From the IMG/VR virus record IMGVR_UViG_3300031420_000399: a DNA stretch of 64,000 nt; one strand, written 5' to 3'. Shown piece after piece: positions 63,824-64,000 of this stretch (positions are counted from its first letter, which is position 1; each line of letters begins with the position of its first letter). The stretch comes from a virus (lineage: Duplodnaviria; Heunggongvirae; Uroviricota; Caudoviricetes). The notes below the pieces were generated by a model. The model did no database searches. It had not been told where the DNA came from and saw only the letters and a program-made list of their open reading frames with translations. A program made the translations under genes and the position numbers.

Positions 63824-64000
63824 TTAGGCTCCGGAGGCTGTGAGCACAGTCCCCGGATCGCCTGCTCCTAGCTGCACCGCAGACTGCCAGCAGCAACGGC
63901 AGAGGGCCAGAGCACCTTGGGCCTATTCGACGCCGGTCTATACCCATCTTCCAGTCGTGTAGATGAGCATGGCCTCCGGTATACGGCAAGCGGCGACAGA

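Noticed and set aside
1-64000. Many long minus-strand and alternate-frame ORFs in the track (e.g. 14442..15254, 39555..40715, 46173..47279, 48242..49084)
   Set aside because: Antisense shadows of C3-biased + strand genes in GC-rich DNA; they lack SD or promoter support and overlap better-supported genes
1-64000. Very frequent GAGCTC/CTCGAG hexamers
   Set aside because: Explained by Glu-Leu and Leu-Glu codon pairs given the GAG and CTC preference; not a dispersed repeat
1-64000. CRISPR array, tRNA or rRNA genes
   Set aside because: No regularly spaced repeats with unique spacers, and no T-loop/cloverleaf or rRNA signatures found by eye
1-64000. Integron-like cassette array (many independent gene units)
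   Set aside because: No conserved attC-like site between units and no integrase seen; the hairpins differ in sequence and behave as terminators
1-64000. Stop-codon recoding as in some jumbo phages
   Set aside because: TGA, TAG and TAA all end genes next to new SD/starts, and known domains (RNase H, exonuclease) are intact under code 11

Overview
GC-rich, densely coding actinobacterial-type DNA with Leu-CTC/Ile-ATC/Phe-TTC codon preference. It carries about 125 mostly short genes, almost all on the + strand; five are supported on the - strand. I found no rRNA, tRNA, CRISPR array, integrase/transposase, virion or core replication gene. It reads as the early/accessory region of a very large phage or a phage-like megaplasmid, probably of a Micrococcales (Microbacteriaceae-like) host; this assignment is inference. 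The region is built from promoter-gene(s)-terminator units. About 30 genes have a sigma70-type TTG(A/C/T)NN-N16-18-TANNNT promoter 6-7 nt before the ATG, implying leaderless mRNA, and many units end in strong hairpins. Recognisable products: RNase HI, ERI-1-like DEDDh exonuclease, MazG-like protein, XRE HTH, DUF262, ParB-like, HD-domain fusion, ATP-grasp (R2K-like), FtsK-like ATPase, M50 peptidase, cyclic-phosphate receiver-like, prepilin-like, DUF3841, Imm26-like, an orphan HNH-like nuclease, a Cys-His-Asp transglutaminase-like protein, lipoproteins and surface proteins. Main leads: (1) apparent complete absence of ACGT together with a methylase-less HNH-like nuclease; (2) a shared N-terminal H-C-C-H tag fused to unrelated C-terminal domains, one an HExxH peptidase; (3) leaderless promoter/N-terminus modules shared by unrelated genes; (4) many tandem or dispersed paralogue families of unknown function. 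Family calls come from motif recognition by eye, not from database searches.
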